In this document: positions 22,864 through 37,788 of the stretch, in pieces
How positions within the stretch are numbered: position 1 is the first letter of the stretch
Layout of the letters: every line of letters begins with the position of its first letter
Source of the DNA: Mytilus californianus
Taxonomy: Eukaryota
Direction: 5' to 3'
DNA length: 64,000 bases
Assembly (NCBI RefSeq): GCF_021869535.1
Contig: NW_026262668.1
Span: 74,028,001-74,092,000 of the forward strand
The notes under the pieces: model-generated
Seen by the model: only the letters and a program-made list of their open reading frames with translations
Told to the model about the DNA's origin: nothing
Database searches by the model: none
Made by a program: the position numbers and the translations under genes

Positions 22864-25800
22864 AGGTCTTTCCACATTCTATGGAAAGACCTATTGATTT
22901 TGTTCTGATTATAACATGTATAAGGTTTTCCACTTTGCCGTGGAAAGACCTTAAGGTTTCGTTTTGATTATTTTTAGGTCTTTCCATTTTCCGTAGAAAG
23001 ACCTGTTGATTTTGTTCTGATTATTGTTATTTTTTCCTTCTTTCGCCAATTTTTTTCCTTGCGGAGTATAGTGGTTTTGCAAGATGTTGCTTAAATTTTT
23101 GGCAAATGATATTGAACAGCTATTGCGCTTTTGAAACTCACCCTGTTTAACCAAACACTTTTTATTTTAAGAAATCCTCAGGATGCTTCGGTCAATTTAA
23201 TCGAGGCGATACAGAGACTCCATATGAGAGTTATTTCCCCTTTCGTATTTGACAAAAGTGATACATAAATGTAACTCATGAACCGTAAGTGATAAAGACC
23301 TAGGGTATTTTAATTTGAGGTCCTTAGTCCACCAGAAAGAAAATGGTGTCAAGGTCATAGGTCAAGGTCATGTTCTAAATTTTGCCTTATCTCAAACTAT
23401 AAAAGCTAGATTTGAAAGGATGGTTGCAAATTGTTTGGGTTATTGAGAAGAATAAATGGCATATTCGGTCCGGATCTGATGATATTTGATATGAGTTATT
23501 GCCCCTGAAATGTTATAATTTAAGGTAAATTGATTCAACTTTAACTTCAACTTGGAACATGATAAAGCCATAAGGTCTTTTGCAAAATGTTTGGTAACAT
23601 ATAATCTTGAAAAATGTCAACCGGAAGTGACTTTGAGTAAATCGGAAGTAGCCATTTCTGTACTTTTTTCTTGCAAAAGTAATCAGTAACCAGAAACCAT
23701 ATATATCTATAAAATCAGCATACATGGAAGTACATCACTAATTCATGGCCCCATTGCTTTCTATGTTAAATCCTCAATTTCAAGCAAGCACAGCTCTTTT
23801 GTCTTAAGTTCAAATAAAGTAACAATTATTGCATATCAAAGCAATACCTTATGGTGTCTTGTACTGAAGACATCAACATACCTTTAATTGCATATAAGAG
23901 AAAACTGGTTCCCGGAACTTCGGATGTACCAAAACAGGTACTTCAGATCTGACAAACAGGCAAAATGGACCCTCCTTTTTAAATTTCATGCATTTTTTTT
24001 ATTATTCAAAATTATGAGTCAAAAAGTGTTCTACAATTATCACCAGTCATTCATCTTTTATTTGATACTAAAGTAACCAAAATATACTACATATTTTGAA
24101 AGTTACATCCATGCGTAGGAATTATTTTGTGTTAAATATGTACTACTTTCTGTATGTGCTTTCTGACCGGGCCCGAATTAGTAGTTTTACACCACATAAA
24201 TCATTTGAGACCGGAAGTGACATTTGAAAAAAACAGAAGTAGCTTATTGTCTCTCTTATTACTGGCAAAAGGATATAGAAACCATATATTTTTGGAATCA
24301 GTGTAAAACAGCTATCATATGAGATCTGAAGTGACATTTTCTACCAAATTATTTTATTAAATTGCTCGTTATATCATTGGTCGAAGAGATCTGAAGATTC
24401 CATATGAGAGTTATTTTCCTTAATGTATTCGACATAATTGAAATGTTATAGTTACACATAAACCATAAGTTATAGAGACCCAGTGTCTTTTGATTTGAGG
24501 TCCTGCGTCCACCAAAAAGAAAATGAGGTCAAGGCCAAAGGTCAAGGACATATTTTAATTTTTAACTTTTCCTTGTGCATGCTACTCAAAAGAAACTGTA
24601 ATTTATATCGACAACAGGTTTTCACTAAATTGTTAAGTTGCGATATGTCGTTACATGACATTTTCTTCTTCGAAACGATAGGGTAACATTTACTAGGAGT
24701 TTTCTCCTCTGGAATGCTAAAAATAAGATGTATGATACTATAACTTTTTAACAATAAGTAATAGAGGCCTTAAGTATTTTGATATGAGGTCCTTGCTTGA
24801 TGACCTTAAATTTGAGGTCAAGGTCAAAGTTAAATTAGACGTTGTATATTTTGACCTTTGCTTTAACTTCATATATATGTATGAAAAAGCCATGGGACCT
24901 TTTGCATTAGGTTGCAAGCCATGGCCATGTGACCTTAAGAAAGCCAACCAGAAGTGGCCTTGTGTAAACCGGAAGTAGCTATTTTTTGTACTAATTTAAT
25001 GTAATAGTATATAGAACCATATTTTTTGGGAATCAGTGTCAAGTCAGCTATCATATAATACCGAAAGTGGCATTTTTCATACCGGAAGTAACAATTTATC
25101 TCCCATGTTTTAAGCAAAAGTGTATACAAACCATATATGTTTGGAATCTGCTTGAAGTAGGCTATCGTCTGACACCATAAATGACATTTGAAACCGGCTT
25201 TTGATATTTTCATATCGAAATATGTGCATTTGGGGTGGTAAGACCTTCAATTGTTCTCTGAACAATTAGTTTTTAATTATTATAATTTTTTTTTCTTCAG
25301 CCAAATTTGTTTCTTGTGTGTAATTTTTTTTTCACAACATGTTGCTTATGTATTTTGCATATGTTATCAATCAGTTATTGCACTTTTGAAACTCATCCTG
25401 TTTAACCGAACACTTTTCATTGTAAGAGTTATATCCCAAAACACTGTTTCACATGTTCCTACATCTCCTCCGTAACCAAAAAAGATATCGACAAAATTCT
25501 TTTTCTTAATTGTTCGTTACATCATCAGGAAGTTTCGACTGATTTGGACTGAAGCTTTGCATTTTCATCTGATGGGGTTTATCTAACCTTCGCAATTAAA
25601 TTTTACTGTATGTTTTTGTAACTCATAAGCTGTAAGCCGTATAGACCTAGGGATTTATATTTGAAGTCCTGAAGTCCTAACTTGCAAAATAAGGTAAAGG
25701 TCAAAAGTCAAAGTCATGTTCTAAATTTAATGTTTGACATTTGCTTGTTCCTACATCTCCTGTGACACTTTTAAAGATGGATTTAAAAGAACTAGTGCAA

Positions 25801-27540
25801 AATGTTTGTTTTATTGTGATGAAGATATGATACATGTCTTTAAAAGTAAACGTACCCAGAAACCATATATTTTTTAATCGGCATCCATAAACCTATCATT
25901 TGAGACCGAAAGTCATCTTCCAAAAACCTAAAGTAGCAAATTATCTCCCTTATTGCAGGCAAAAGTGTAAAGAAACCACATATTTTTAGAATCAGTGTAA
26001 AAAGAAACTATCATGAGAGACCGAAAGTGACATTTCTAAACCGGAAGTTGGAAAGTATCTCCCTTATTTCAGGCAAAAGTATAAAGAAACCATATATTTT
26101 TTTAATCAGAATAAAGAAACCTATGATTGGACACGAATAGTAACTTTGAGGAAACCGGAAATAGCTTCTTATCAATTATATAGAAATTAAATGTGGAAAG
26201 ACCTTCTTGGATTTTAATTTTTTTTTTCTTCTTCCGCCACTTTTTTTTTCTTGCATGTATTTTTTGTTTTGCAAGAAATTGGTTAGATGTTTGGTATATG
26301 GTATCGTACGGTTAATGCTCCTTTGAAACTCACCCAGTTTAACCAACACATTTCGTTGTAAGAGTAATCTCCCCAAACACTGTTTTACTTGTTCTTACAT
26401 CTCCTCTGTAACAAAAAAGAATCTTTTTCGTTACATCCTCAGAAAGTTTCGACTGAAGCGATCCACTTACGTCTGATAGGAGTTATCTACCCTTCACAAT
26501 TTGTCGGTCTGTTTTTGTTACTCATAAACTGTAAGCCGTATAGACCTAGGGATTTATATTTGAGGTCCGTGGGTCCTAACTTGCAAAATTAGATAAAGAT
26601 CAAAGGTCAAGGTCATGTTCTAAATTTTGAATTTTGTTTGTTCTGGCATCTGCTCTGAAACTTTTAAAACTATATAAAAGAACTGGTGCAAAATGTTTGT
26701 TTTATTGTGATATGATACATTTGGTCTGTAACAATAAAATGACATCTAATAGGAGTTATTGCCCCTGAAATGTTTTATTTAAGGTTAATTGATTATTACT
26801 TCAATATAGAACATGATAAACCCATGGAGTCTTTTGCAAAATGTTGATTGACATATGACTGAGTCACTGACCTTGAAAAATGTCAACCGGCATTCATTAA
26901 CCTATCATTTGAGATCGAAAGTGACCTTCTAAAAACTGGAAGTAGCAAATTATCTCTATTACAGGCAAAAGTAAATAGAAACCATATATTTTGGATCAGT
27001 GTAAATACAGTTTCCATATGAGACCAAAAGTGACATTTTCTAAACAGGCAGTTGGCAATTATCTCATTTATTTCAGGCAAAGTATATAGAAACCATATAT
27101 TTCTGGAATCATTGTGAATAAAGCTATAATATGAGACCGGAAGTGACCTTGTCTAAACTGGAAGTTGGAAATTATCTCCCTTATTTCAGACAAAAGTATA
27201 TAGAAACCATAAATTTTTCGAATTAGTATGAAGAAACCTATGATTTGACGCCAAAGGTATCTTTAAGTTAACCGGAAATTGGTTCCTATCAAGGTCAAGG
27301 TCAAATTTTGACTTTTATTTGTTCCTGCATCACCTCTGAAACTTTTGAAGATATGTATGAAAGATCTAGTGAAAAAGGTTTGTTTTATTGTGATGGAGAT
27401 ATGATACATTTGATCTGAAACAATCCAATGACATCTTATAGATTATTTCCCCTCAAATGTTTTAATTTAAGGTTAATTGATTATTACTTCCATATTGAAC
27501 ATTATAAAAGCCACAGAATCTTGGCTATATTTTAATTGGC
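22864..27540. repeat. Compound, hierarchically repetitive element cluster (hairpin trio, ~0.9-1 kb blocks, ~112-bp internal tandem units)
   Basis: Block markers GAAACTCA(C/T)CC(T/A)GTTTAACC recur at ~23135, 25388 and 26326; (A/G)GTCATGTTCTAAATTTT at ~23365, 25710 and 26610. Units of about 110-113 bp (GAAACCATATATTT..GAGACCGGAAGTGAC..ATCTCCCTTATTTCAGGCAAAAGT) occur at 25860-26160 and 26900-27280, with inverted copies near 24150-24340 and 24960-25200. Confidence 0.7.
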
Positions 27541-29707
27541 ATCCAAATGTAGACGTACTAATACCGAGCCAAGTCAATAGTCATACTACCAAAAGGAACA
27601 TAATAGAGGAACAATCGTAACGTAAATAAAATGATACACAACTTCTGCACCTATAATCTATAACTCAAGACCATCCTATGAAGTACTACTAGACACTAAA
27701 TATTTATCTATTAGGTCTTGGTACTTTCTAATAACCTTTTTGAGAAAACGGCGAGAAGTTCCTGGCTCATTATTTTTTGGCTCAGGCACCGATGACTATT
27801 TAAGAAGTCTGAGTAACGATTCATGGTTGGGTTCGTATAACTCAGTCGTTATTTTTCTATGTAGTGTTTTGTGTGACTGTTGTTTGTCTTTTCGTCGTTT
27901 TTCGTTTTTTGCCATGGCATTGTCATTTTCCCCCCGATAAATGAGTTTGAATATCCCTTTGGTATCTTTCGCCTCTCTTTTGTTATAGATTCTGGTACTG
28001 AGATGACCGCTGTAGTCAATTTCGAGGTTTATGTCTAGAAATTATTTTTTCTAGAATTGGTAAATTAAAGAATTGAATATTTATAGGTAATTTCCAAAAC
28101 AAGTGAAATGTTTTTAATCAGTGGTTTTAAGACTTTTAAATTTTCTGCAACTGTTATTCAATCATGTAGGCTTATTTATTGGCCATGATTAAAATTTAGA
28201 ATAAATCAATTTAAACGTCTTTTCATAAGCGTAAAGTTAACACTCATAGTTTTCTTTGATACATTTAACATTTTTATTAAAAAAGTAACAAAGTTATTTG
28301 AATCGCATTTGCCAAGTTAATAACTTGACATATTTGTACTTAGAGTACTTAGAAACATAATGTCAGTGCACAAGTGACGAAGTTCGTTTCTTATGATTAA
28401 ATACTTATATAAACTAGATGTTTATTTTTTACAACTGATAAGGTGTAACATTTTTTTCTAACAAGTCTGTCAAAAACATAAATTAACAGGTTGGTCACAT
28501 CTTCAAAAGGACTTACTGCCAAAACATTATCATAACATTTTGGATTTAATATTTGTCTACTAAAATGTTTGTCAATGAGACAACTTTCCACCAGAGTTCA
28601 AATGATGAAGATAAAAGCAATTATAGGCGAACGAACGTCATTCAACAATGAATTGTTAACCATTTTTTTAATGAAAACTAACTATTGATATCAAAAGTTT
28701 TTAGTTTAACAAAAATATTACATGTAACTTAAAAATTTGAAGAAAAAACATTAAGATTACACACATTACGCACAGCTAAATTTTCTGTTTGCGCTAGTCT
28801 TCATTGTCAATGTATGTCCCTCATAAGGGAAACAACTCACAAAATGTATCTCTAGGTACAGGGTCAATTAAGGAATTGACAAATAGCTGGTAAGTGTAGC
28901 TCTCGTTAATGATAGTAATGAAAGTATCAATCTTTAATAGTTTAATTCATTAGACAGAGAGAGACAATTCGTTCAGAATTACGGAATCGGGTGTAAGTCT
29001 AAGCTATGAGTTCAGCATAGAACTTCCTTGGTCTAATAAATAAGGTTTTGGATTTAACTATTTTATGTTATATATTTTCCATTCGCAGTCCCTTAATCGT
29101 GACCTACACAAGTATTAGCACATATAGCGTTTATATCTTTGCTTCATGAGCCTGTCTCTGTTAGGTAACACTTTGTGTCATGCTACCACTTATAATGTAA
29201 CTGAAACCCAAATTTGAATCACTCAAAAAATGATCAAATTGAACTAAAAAATACTTATAAATTAACAATTAAACCTGAGATAACCGCTTTGGACAAAACA
29301 AATTTATAAAGTTTTTATTTTCATTTAATAGCACTGGGTCGATACTACTGCTGTTGGACTGCAAGTCCCCGAGAGTATCATCAGTTCAGTAGCCATTCCT
29401 TCGGTTCTGACGTTATTTATAAGATATTTTTTCTGAAATTCCCCGTTGGTAAATTAAGGAATTACTAAGGAACTAAAGTTTCAATTCCTTCCGGCAAAGT
29501 TTCGATGATCTGAATTTGGCTATTCTTTATATGTCCATTTGGTTATAATAGCTTCTAACATGTCTACGTAGTTATACATCACTAGCTTTTAAATGTTTTA
29601 CTTTGAGCGTTTCTGATGAAAGCAAATCAAGAAAAGTGGTTCAGACGCACGAAATTTATGAAATGTTATAATGTCTTCCCTCATATTTTGGTGAATGCTT
29701 GCATCTA

Positions 29708-30087
29708 ATATATTCAAGTGAACTTGAGATTAAGAAAACAACCAAAAATAGAAGGACACCTTCATATCTTGATGTTTCCACGATATTGACACAGATGGAC
29801 GACTTAAAACTAGATTATATGACTAACGTGATGGTTTCAACTTTTTAATTGTCAACTTTCCATTTCCAAGCATTAACATACCCTCAGTAACTAATGGCGT
29901 TTACATATTTAATTGATGCATTACGCTCTTGCATGTTCATACTACACGGACTCAATTGACAAGCTCCTTACAAAATACTGCTCAAACAGAGTTATAAGGA
30001 AAAACGACTCAAATCCACAATACATAGGTTTTACAGTCACAATAACGAATCCGTTGATCCTTACGATATGCCTTTGTCTCAACTCAC
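29708..30087 (+). mobile_element. Penelope-like element reverse-transcriptase C-terminal fragment
   Basis: Degenerate translation YSSELEIKKTT..SYLD..DGRLKTRLYD*RDGFNFLIVNFPF..NIP..GVYI..ACS..FYSHNNE.VDPY matches the Penelope RT C-terminal pattern (ELEIK/SYLD/LYDKRDDF/VNFPF/NIP/YGVY). Confidence 0.75.
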
Positions 30088-30876
30088 TAGCAACAACTTT
30101 TCGCAGTCCTAGATCTTCAGATACCAGAATAACGTCTTAACATTTTGACTGGGTGTAGATGACGGGTGCAGTGGGTCCAGGGAATCTCCACAAGAGAAAG
30201 AAATAGAACATTAATATAATGGAATATGTATACAGCTCTCCCACCAGCAAAAAACCCTTATTGTAAAATATAAGGGCATACACTACAGGCACTTTATTTG
30301 TACTTTATCGAGAAAGTGTACACTATATACGGTATGTACTATCAACTACAAAAACTACCATTCTTTTCTATTCGTTTATTTTGAAATACCCGATATTTTA
30401 TTTTATTTTAAACTCTTGAATATGATAAGTTTAAATGACAACAAAGGAGAGTATTTATTTTACGTAGTTGGGATTATTTTTATCTGATGAAATTTATTCA
30501 CTCTTTCTCTCAGGGAATATTAATGACAAAAAAGGAAGTCTACTAAAAAAAATGATGAATATGAAGACATGTAAATATATTTTGTCATTTTCACTATCCA
30601 ATTTGCCTTCTGTTGTAATCATATTTGAATTTCTTAGATTCGCATTTTTTAAATTCGCACTAATGATAGTTCGATCTAAATGAGTATAAGATCTTTTCTG
30701 AAAAATCCGTTTACCAATCATTGACTTTTGGTTTTGTTTAGGTTTTCGCACTCCAGTGTATAAACTGATAACTATATATCAATAAACTATATATTTCACT
30801 CTAACGTACAATTACAATAAGTAAGAGGATAGATAATGAATTGATATATAGATTACTTCTGGTCGTTATTTTTCAG

Positions 30877-31164
30877 ACAAAGATATCGTTCTTTTGTCGA
30901 TTCATGTGAAAACTACATGCTAAAGCTATTTCAAAAGACGAAATGGTAGGGCTAAACAGTTAATGCAACATTTTAGCATTAGACGACTGTGCATGCGGGC
31001 CTTCCATACCTCTTGGTTTTGTTTTTTTCCAAGCCTTTAATTCGTGGTTTGGTATACAGCCACTTATGCCAACAATAATGAGGGAACTCAAACGTTCAAA
31101 CAGAGATGTTGCGAACTCAGGTATAGCTAGCATAGCTGCTACCATTGGTTTATGTATCATTTTT
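30877..31164 (+). pseudogene. NRT2 pseudogene fragment B (5' part of first coding exon)
   Basis: Homologous to the reverse complement of 20236-19950. Acceptor retained, ATG changed to ATA, early TGA, frameshifts. Truncated after IGLCIIF by a ~410-bp deletion relative to fragment C. Confidence 0.93.
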
Positions 31165-34100
31165 GAAAATGAAAAATAGGTAGTAAATTTTCAATTGGCA
31201 AAACCCTCTTCAATCACAATATAGGATATATAATTATGACAAATGTAAATAGAATTATCGATACAAAAAAAAAGAAAAAAAGAACAATAAGCATTACCCT
31301 TACAGCATAGCAAGCTATAAAAGCCCCGACATAACAAGTGTAAAACAATTTAAACGAGAAAACTAACGGCCTGATTTGTGTACAAATGTATCTTACTTGT
31401 TACCGATGTCCGTTTGTTTGGTGTAAATTTTATGAGTTCTCCTATGCTGCTCGCAAAGAAAAGCATCTTTCATCATTCAAGTTGTTTCATGTTTTAACAT
31501 TCTATTAGTTTGATAAATATATGTAGAGGCGGGTTGAAGCGACGAGAAAAAAAAAATGTGCGATTTTGCATATTTTGTCAGTTTCAATTCTTAAAAGTGA
31601 TATTTGTCTGACAAAACGGTATTAACTCAGATTTATTTTGGTCAAAACTATATGTTTTACTACTGATCGTTGTTCTCTTTCTAACATGTACCTAAATAGA
31701 TAAAATGAAGAATGGAAAATTTGACGCCTTTTTATACTGTTGATTCATTTATCTTCGTGGGTATCAATTTTCATGGATAGAGAGAAAAAAAAAAGACATT
31801 TCGAAGGATACGGAAATTTGTGGACCGCTGTTTCAAAAAAAAAAAAAAAAAGTTTCAAATACGTAAATTTGTGGATCTCTGTTTGAATAATAATAAACAA
31901 AAGTTAGAAATTCATTGAAAGTGTTATGAATTGTCAAAATCCTCGATTGGACATTCTAGGATAAAGTGTTCTTTTTAAAACTCCGATTACAAGGGTGGAC
32001 AAAGGCTACTAATTATTTCTTTATTTTACAATGTAAAATTTCTTGTCGGAATTTTATAAGGTATTTTAAGCCCTTTGATGTGCAACTGATTGAAAGTTGT
32101 TTTCCCTAATCACGACATAAAACGTGGTCATTAGAAAACTATCAAATTAAGAAACAGCCGAATGATGTTTGCAGCCCAAGCTGGAACCCAAGTCATAAAA
32201 CAATGATACAATTTACTCATCTCGCGGTTATGTTATATATACTCATTGGAACATGTAAACGGCTGTTTTTATTATAAATTTTTAAGTTACATGTCGGATA
32301 TAGTTACTTCACTTGTAATATTGATGAACGATTTTGAAATTAAAATTTTATCTGTATTATGTATGATATGTACCGTTAAATGTCTCCCAAGGATTATAAT
32401 CGAATGGGTTACAAGTGTACATCACGTTGGGTTAATGTGTAAGTAAATTATAATTCTGATAAAATGTTGTCTTTTGTCCAGATAAAAAAAAAAACATGCT
32501 TGAATGACAATAAAGCGAATTATTGTATGAAAAGCAATTTGTGTCCTCCCATCTCCTTGTTTTAACATTTTGGTTGAGTAAAATTTTATTTCGAAAAATG
32601 TCGTTTTTGTCCCGAATAAACAAAAATACATGCTTAAACGAAAATAAATCGGAATATTATTTTAAAAGCAATTTGTGTCCTCCATTCTCCTTTTAATATT
32701 TTGTTACGAAAACATGTCGTTTTCTCCAGAACTATTAAAATTAAAGTAAACAAAAATGTTTCAACGTTAATTTATCGAAATTTTATTTGAAAAGCAATGT
32801 GTATCCTACTTGAACTACCTAATTAAAAGTTTATTGATAAAAAAAATTGAGGTCAAAGGCGTGAAAATAAATGTTCCTGTCATAAAAAATATGACCTACA
32901 GGCAATATCCCGTACTTAATCCTATTGATATTGAATCACCAATAAACCAATTATGTCACGGTAATTGGGCACAGATGCGCAATTCATTTCAGGTATGCGG
33001 TAATGGTAGCCTTTTTCTCAATTCCTCTGCTCATATCGTAATCTTGGATATGAATGATGGCTTGTTTCGAAGCTGAGACATTTTCACATATGTGGTTAAA
33101 TTTTCGGGGTACGAAGTGAGATTCGTTTTTCCGTAAATTAGCACAACTCGATAATCTTTTCGTGATGCGGCTCCTCAAGGTGAAAATCCCTTTTTTCACA
33201 CAATAACTTCCTTGAAAATTCAGTTCTTTGCATACTCCATAGTTTTTACACATTTATTCTATGGTCCTCTGCTCTCCAAATCTATACGAATGGCTAAGCT
33301 CAGTCACTTGTTAAAAATTGAAATATGTCCAATATCACTACACAGAGATTTTTTGTGTTCCTCAATTTGAAGCGCATAAGGGATATTGACCCATATTGGA
33401 ATCCATAGTTCTGATTTTTCCAAACATTCTTATGTGATCTTCTTCGGTATATCTTTCTGAACAAATCTGTATTTTTGTCCATTTCTGAAAGAAAATAAAG
33501 TTGTTTCAGCACTATAAGGCATTGACTCTTTAATCGCTATATTTATTAATTCTGAATACAATGAGTAAGTATAATCGATTTCTTTCAGTATACCTTCACA
33601 GGTCACAATATGGATGAAACATCTGATGATAACCTTCAATTACAATATACAGACCCTGTTAAAGCATTAAATAAAATTTTCTGATGTCTAAAAGTGCATT
33701 TTGACTGAGAAATTATGCAAAAATGTAGATTTTATCAAAACCCTTATAAATACTTAATCATTTTTACTACTTGAAATCTGGTATTTTCAACCTTATAAAC
33801 CACTCTAAACTGCTGTGAATGTCATACTTATCGTATAATAAAAAGCGCAATGAAGTGCAAATTTTCAAAACTTGTCCTCTCCATAAGTCTATTTAAAAAA
33901 ATGTTTTTTTTTTTAAATGTATTTCAGTGAAAACCTTTTAACAGTGAGAAATGTACATTAGGTTTTTACCTCATCACACGTATTATGATGTCATTAAATA
34001 ACGACTGATTAAATAATGCTAAGCACAGTTTGCAGTGTTACATAACGAACAGTTGCCTCAGGGTTTAACTCTAAATGTTGAGTCGAAAAAATTCAGTAAC

Positions 34101-37100
34101 TAAGCATTTTTATATACATGTGTAATATCAAGACCATAGCAACAGTTTTCATATCAGCATATTTTCAACATCCTGACTGTAATTTCAATTGCATAAATAC
34201 CATAATTAAACAATTTAGAGCTTGGCTAATAAAACAAAATTCTTACCAGTAATTCAGAACGTTTTAAAACCTCTAATTTGCCGTCTAAGGTTAAACTGGA
34301 ATGATACGTCTTTAACTGAAATAAGACAAAATAATGATTCAGGTTGTGTTATCATTTCATTTAAATACAAACTGTATTATTAAGAGAAAACAAAATAGAA
34401 TTCTTGTAAGTTTTATCACAAAGAAAGAGAGATACTTCTCCCTTGTGGATTCACAACATTCATTTTAACTTTTTTTATGAGGAGCAATCAGTAGTAGCTT
34501 CATATCTGAATAGGTGAAGCACTTTGTTTTTTAAAAGGTTTGACCCTCCCACTTTTTCACTGAGAAAAGACACTATCTTGTGACTTGTTACTGTGCATTA
34601 AAATATAGCAATTCATGAATTTCTTAAAATACGTTTGTCTGTTAATTTGCATGTTTTAGTGACCAGCTGCTAATTAATGGTCAAATTATTGGTGTAAAAC
34701 AGATGTAACAAAACGAAAGCCGAGAAGGATCATTCATATTTCAAAATTCAAAATACAGAATTAGAAATTCAAAATTGAAAATTTAAATATCAAAATTCAA
34801 AATTCAGAAATCCTACATTTAGACTTATATTTATGTTTTTCCGCACTAACGAAAGCCATACAACGAAGATCGCACTTTGATACTCTCCCGAAAGCTATGT
34901 TATAAAGTTTTTAGGAACACGAATCCCTTTAAAACAAGACGAAGGGTGCGTAAATCAGGGATGACTTCAACTTTACTATTCGAAAAATTTGATACGACAG
35001 TGTCCTTACAAGCAGCAACCCTCAATGACATCTTATAGGAGTTATTGCCCCTGAAATGTTTTATTTACGGTTAATTGATTATTACTTCAATATAGAACAT
35101 GATAAACCCATGGAGTCTTTTGCAAAATGTTGATTGACATATGACTGAATCATTGACCTTGAAAAATGTCAACCGGCATTCATTAACCTATAATTTGAGA
35201 TCGAAAGTGACCTTTTTAAAAATGGAAGTAGCAAATTATCTCTATTACAGGCAAAAGTAAATAGAAACCATATATTTTTGGTCAGTGTAAATACAGCTTC
35301 CATATGAAACCGAAAGTGACATTTTATAAACAGGCAGTTGGCAATTATCTCATTTATTTCAGGCAAAGTATATAGAAACCATATATTTCTGGAATCAGTG
35401 TGAATAAAGCTATCATATGAGACCGGAAGTGACCTTGTCTAAACTGGAAGTTGGAAATTATCTCCCTTATGTCAGACAAAAGAATAAAGAAACCATAATT
35501 TTTTCGAATTAATCTGAAGAAAGCTATGATTTGACGCCAAAGGTATCTTTGAGTTAACCGGAAATTTGTTCCTATCAAGGTCAAGGTCAAATTTTGACTT
35601 TTATTTGTTCCTGCCTCACCTCTGAACCTTTTGAGGATATATATGGAAAATCTAGTGGAAAAGGATTGTTTTATTGTGATGAAGATATGATACATTTGAT
35701 CTGAAACAATCCAATGACATCTTATAGATTATTTCCCCTCAAATGTTTTAATTTAAGGTTAATTGATTATTACTTCCATATTGAACATTATAAAAGCCAC
35801 AGAGTTTTGGCTATATTTTAATTGGCATCCAAATGTAGACGTACTAATACCGAGCCAAGTCAATAGTCATACTACCAAAAGGAACATAATAGAGGAAAAA
35901 TCGTAACGTAAATAAAATGATACACAACTTCTGCACCTATAATCTATAACTCAAGACCATCCTATGAAGTACAACTAGACACTAAATATTTATCTATTAG
36001 GTCTTGGTACTTTCTAATAACCTTTTTGAGAAAACGGCGAGAAGTTCCTGGGTCATTATTTTTTGGCTCAGGCACCGATGACCATTTACGCAGTCTGAGT
36101 AACGATTTATGGTTGGGTTCGTATAACTCAGTCGTTAGTTTTTCTATGTTGTGTTTTGTGTGACTGTTGTTTGTCTTTTCGTCGTTTTTCGTTTTTTGCC
36201 ATGGCATTGTCATTTCCCCCCCCCCCCATAAATGAGTTTGAATATCCCTTTGGTATCTTTCGCCTCTCTTTTGTTATAGATTCTGGTACTGAGATGACCG
36301 CTGTAGTCAATTTCGAGGTTTAAGTCTAGAAATTATTTTTTCTAGAATTGGTAAATTGAAGAATTGAATATTTATAGGTAATTTCCAAATGAAATGTTTA
36401 GAATCAGTGGATTTAAGACTTTTAAATCTTCACAATTTTCTGCCACTGTTAATCAATCATGTAGGCTTATTTATTGGTTATGATTAAAATTTAAAATACA
36501 TTAATTTAAACGTATTTTCATAAGCGTAAAGTTAACACTCATAGTTTTCTTTGATACATTAAACGTTTTTATAAAAAAAGTAACAAAGTTATTTGAATCG
36601 CATTTGCCAAGTTAATAACTTGACATATTTGTACTTAGAGTACTTAGAAACATAATGTCAGTGCACAAGTGACGAAGTTACAATGCATGAGTATATATTT
36701 TATTTTCATGTTATCGTTTATTATGATTTAATACTTACATACTTGAACTAGATGTTTATTTTTTACAACTTATAAGGTGTGACATTTTTTTCTAACAAGT
36801 CTGTCAAAAAACATAAATTAACAGGTTGGTCACATCTTCAAAAGGACTTACTGCCAAAAAATTATCATAACATTTTTGATTTAATATTTGTCTACTAAAA
36901 TGTTCTATCATAACTTCAAAATTTTATGCATTTTAAGAATAGTATAATTTTTAAAGTAGGCGAAATGAGCAAAATATAAGAAACCTCAATCTTTCTTAAA
37001 ATTCGTCCGTGTGATATGAATGCCAATGATTCCACCAGAGTTCAAATGACGAAGATAAAAGCAATTATAGGCGAACGAAAGTCATTCAACAATGAATTGA

Positions 37101-37788
37101 TAACCATTTTTTTTAATGAAAACTAACTATTGATATCAAAAGTTTTTAGTTAAACAAAAATATTACATGTAACTTAAAAATTTGAAGAAAAAACATTAAG
37201 ATAACACACATTACGCACAGCTAAATTTGCTGTTTGCGCTAGTCTTCATTGTCAATGTATGTCCCTCATAAGGGAAACAACTCACAAAATGTATCTCTAG
37301 GTACAGGGTCAATTAAGGAATTGGCAAACAGCTGTAAAGTGTAGCTCTCGTTAATGATAGCAATGAAAGTATCAGTCTGAAATAGTTTAATTCATTAGAC
37401 AGAGAGAGACAATTCGTTTAGAATTACGGAATCGCGTGTAAGTCTAAGCAATGAGATCAGCACAGAACTTTCTTGGTCTAATAAATAAGGTTTTGGATTT
37501 AACTATTTTATGTTATATATTGTCCATTCGCAGTCCCTTAATCGTGACATACACAAGTAATAGCACGTTTATATCTTTGCTTCATGAACCTGTCTATGTT
37601 AGGTAACACTTTGTGCCATGCTACCTCTAATAATGTAACTGAAACACAAATTTGAATAACCCAAAAAATGATCAAATTGAACTAATAAATACTTATAGAA
37701 TAATAATAAAACATGAGAAAACCGCTTTGGACAAAAGAAATTTATAAAGTTTTTATTTTCATTTAATAGCACTGGGTCGATACCACTG

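Larger units (their letters stand above)
26738..35023 (+). repeat. Tandem segmental duplication, unit 1 (~8.3 kb)
   Basis: Colinear, high identity by eye with 35024-45913. Both units start AATGACATC(T/C)..TAGGAGTTATTGCCCCTG and end ACAAGCAGCAACCCTC; junction CCCTC|AATGACATC at 35023/35024. Confidence 0.92.

Noticed and set aside
22864-23004. CRISPR-like look (palindromic repeats with spacers)
   Set aside because: Eukaryotic context, only three units, AT-rich mutually similar spacers, no cas genes. Kept only as a TE-terminus finding.
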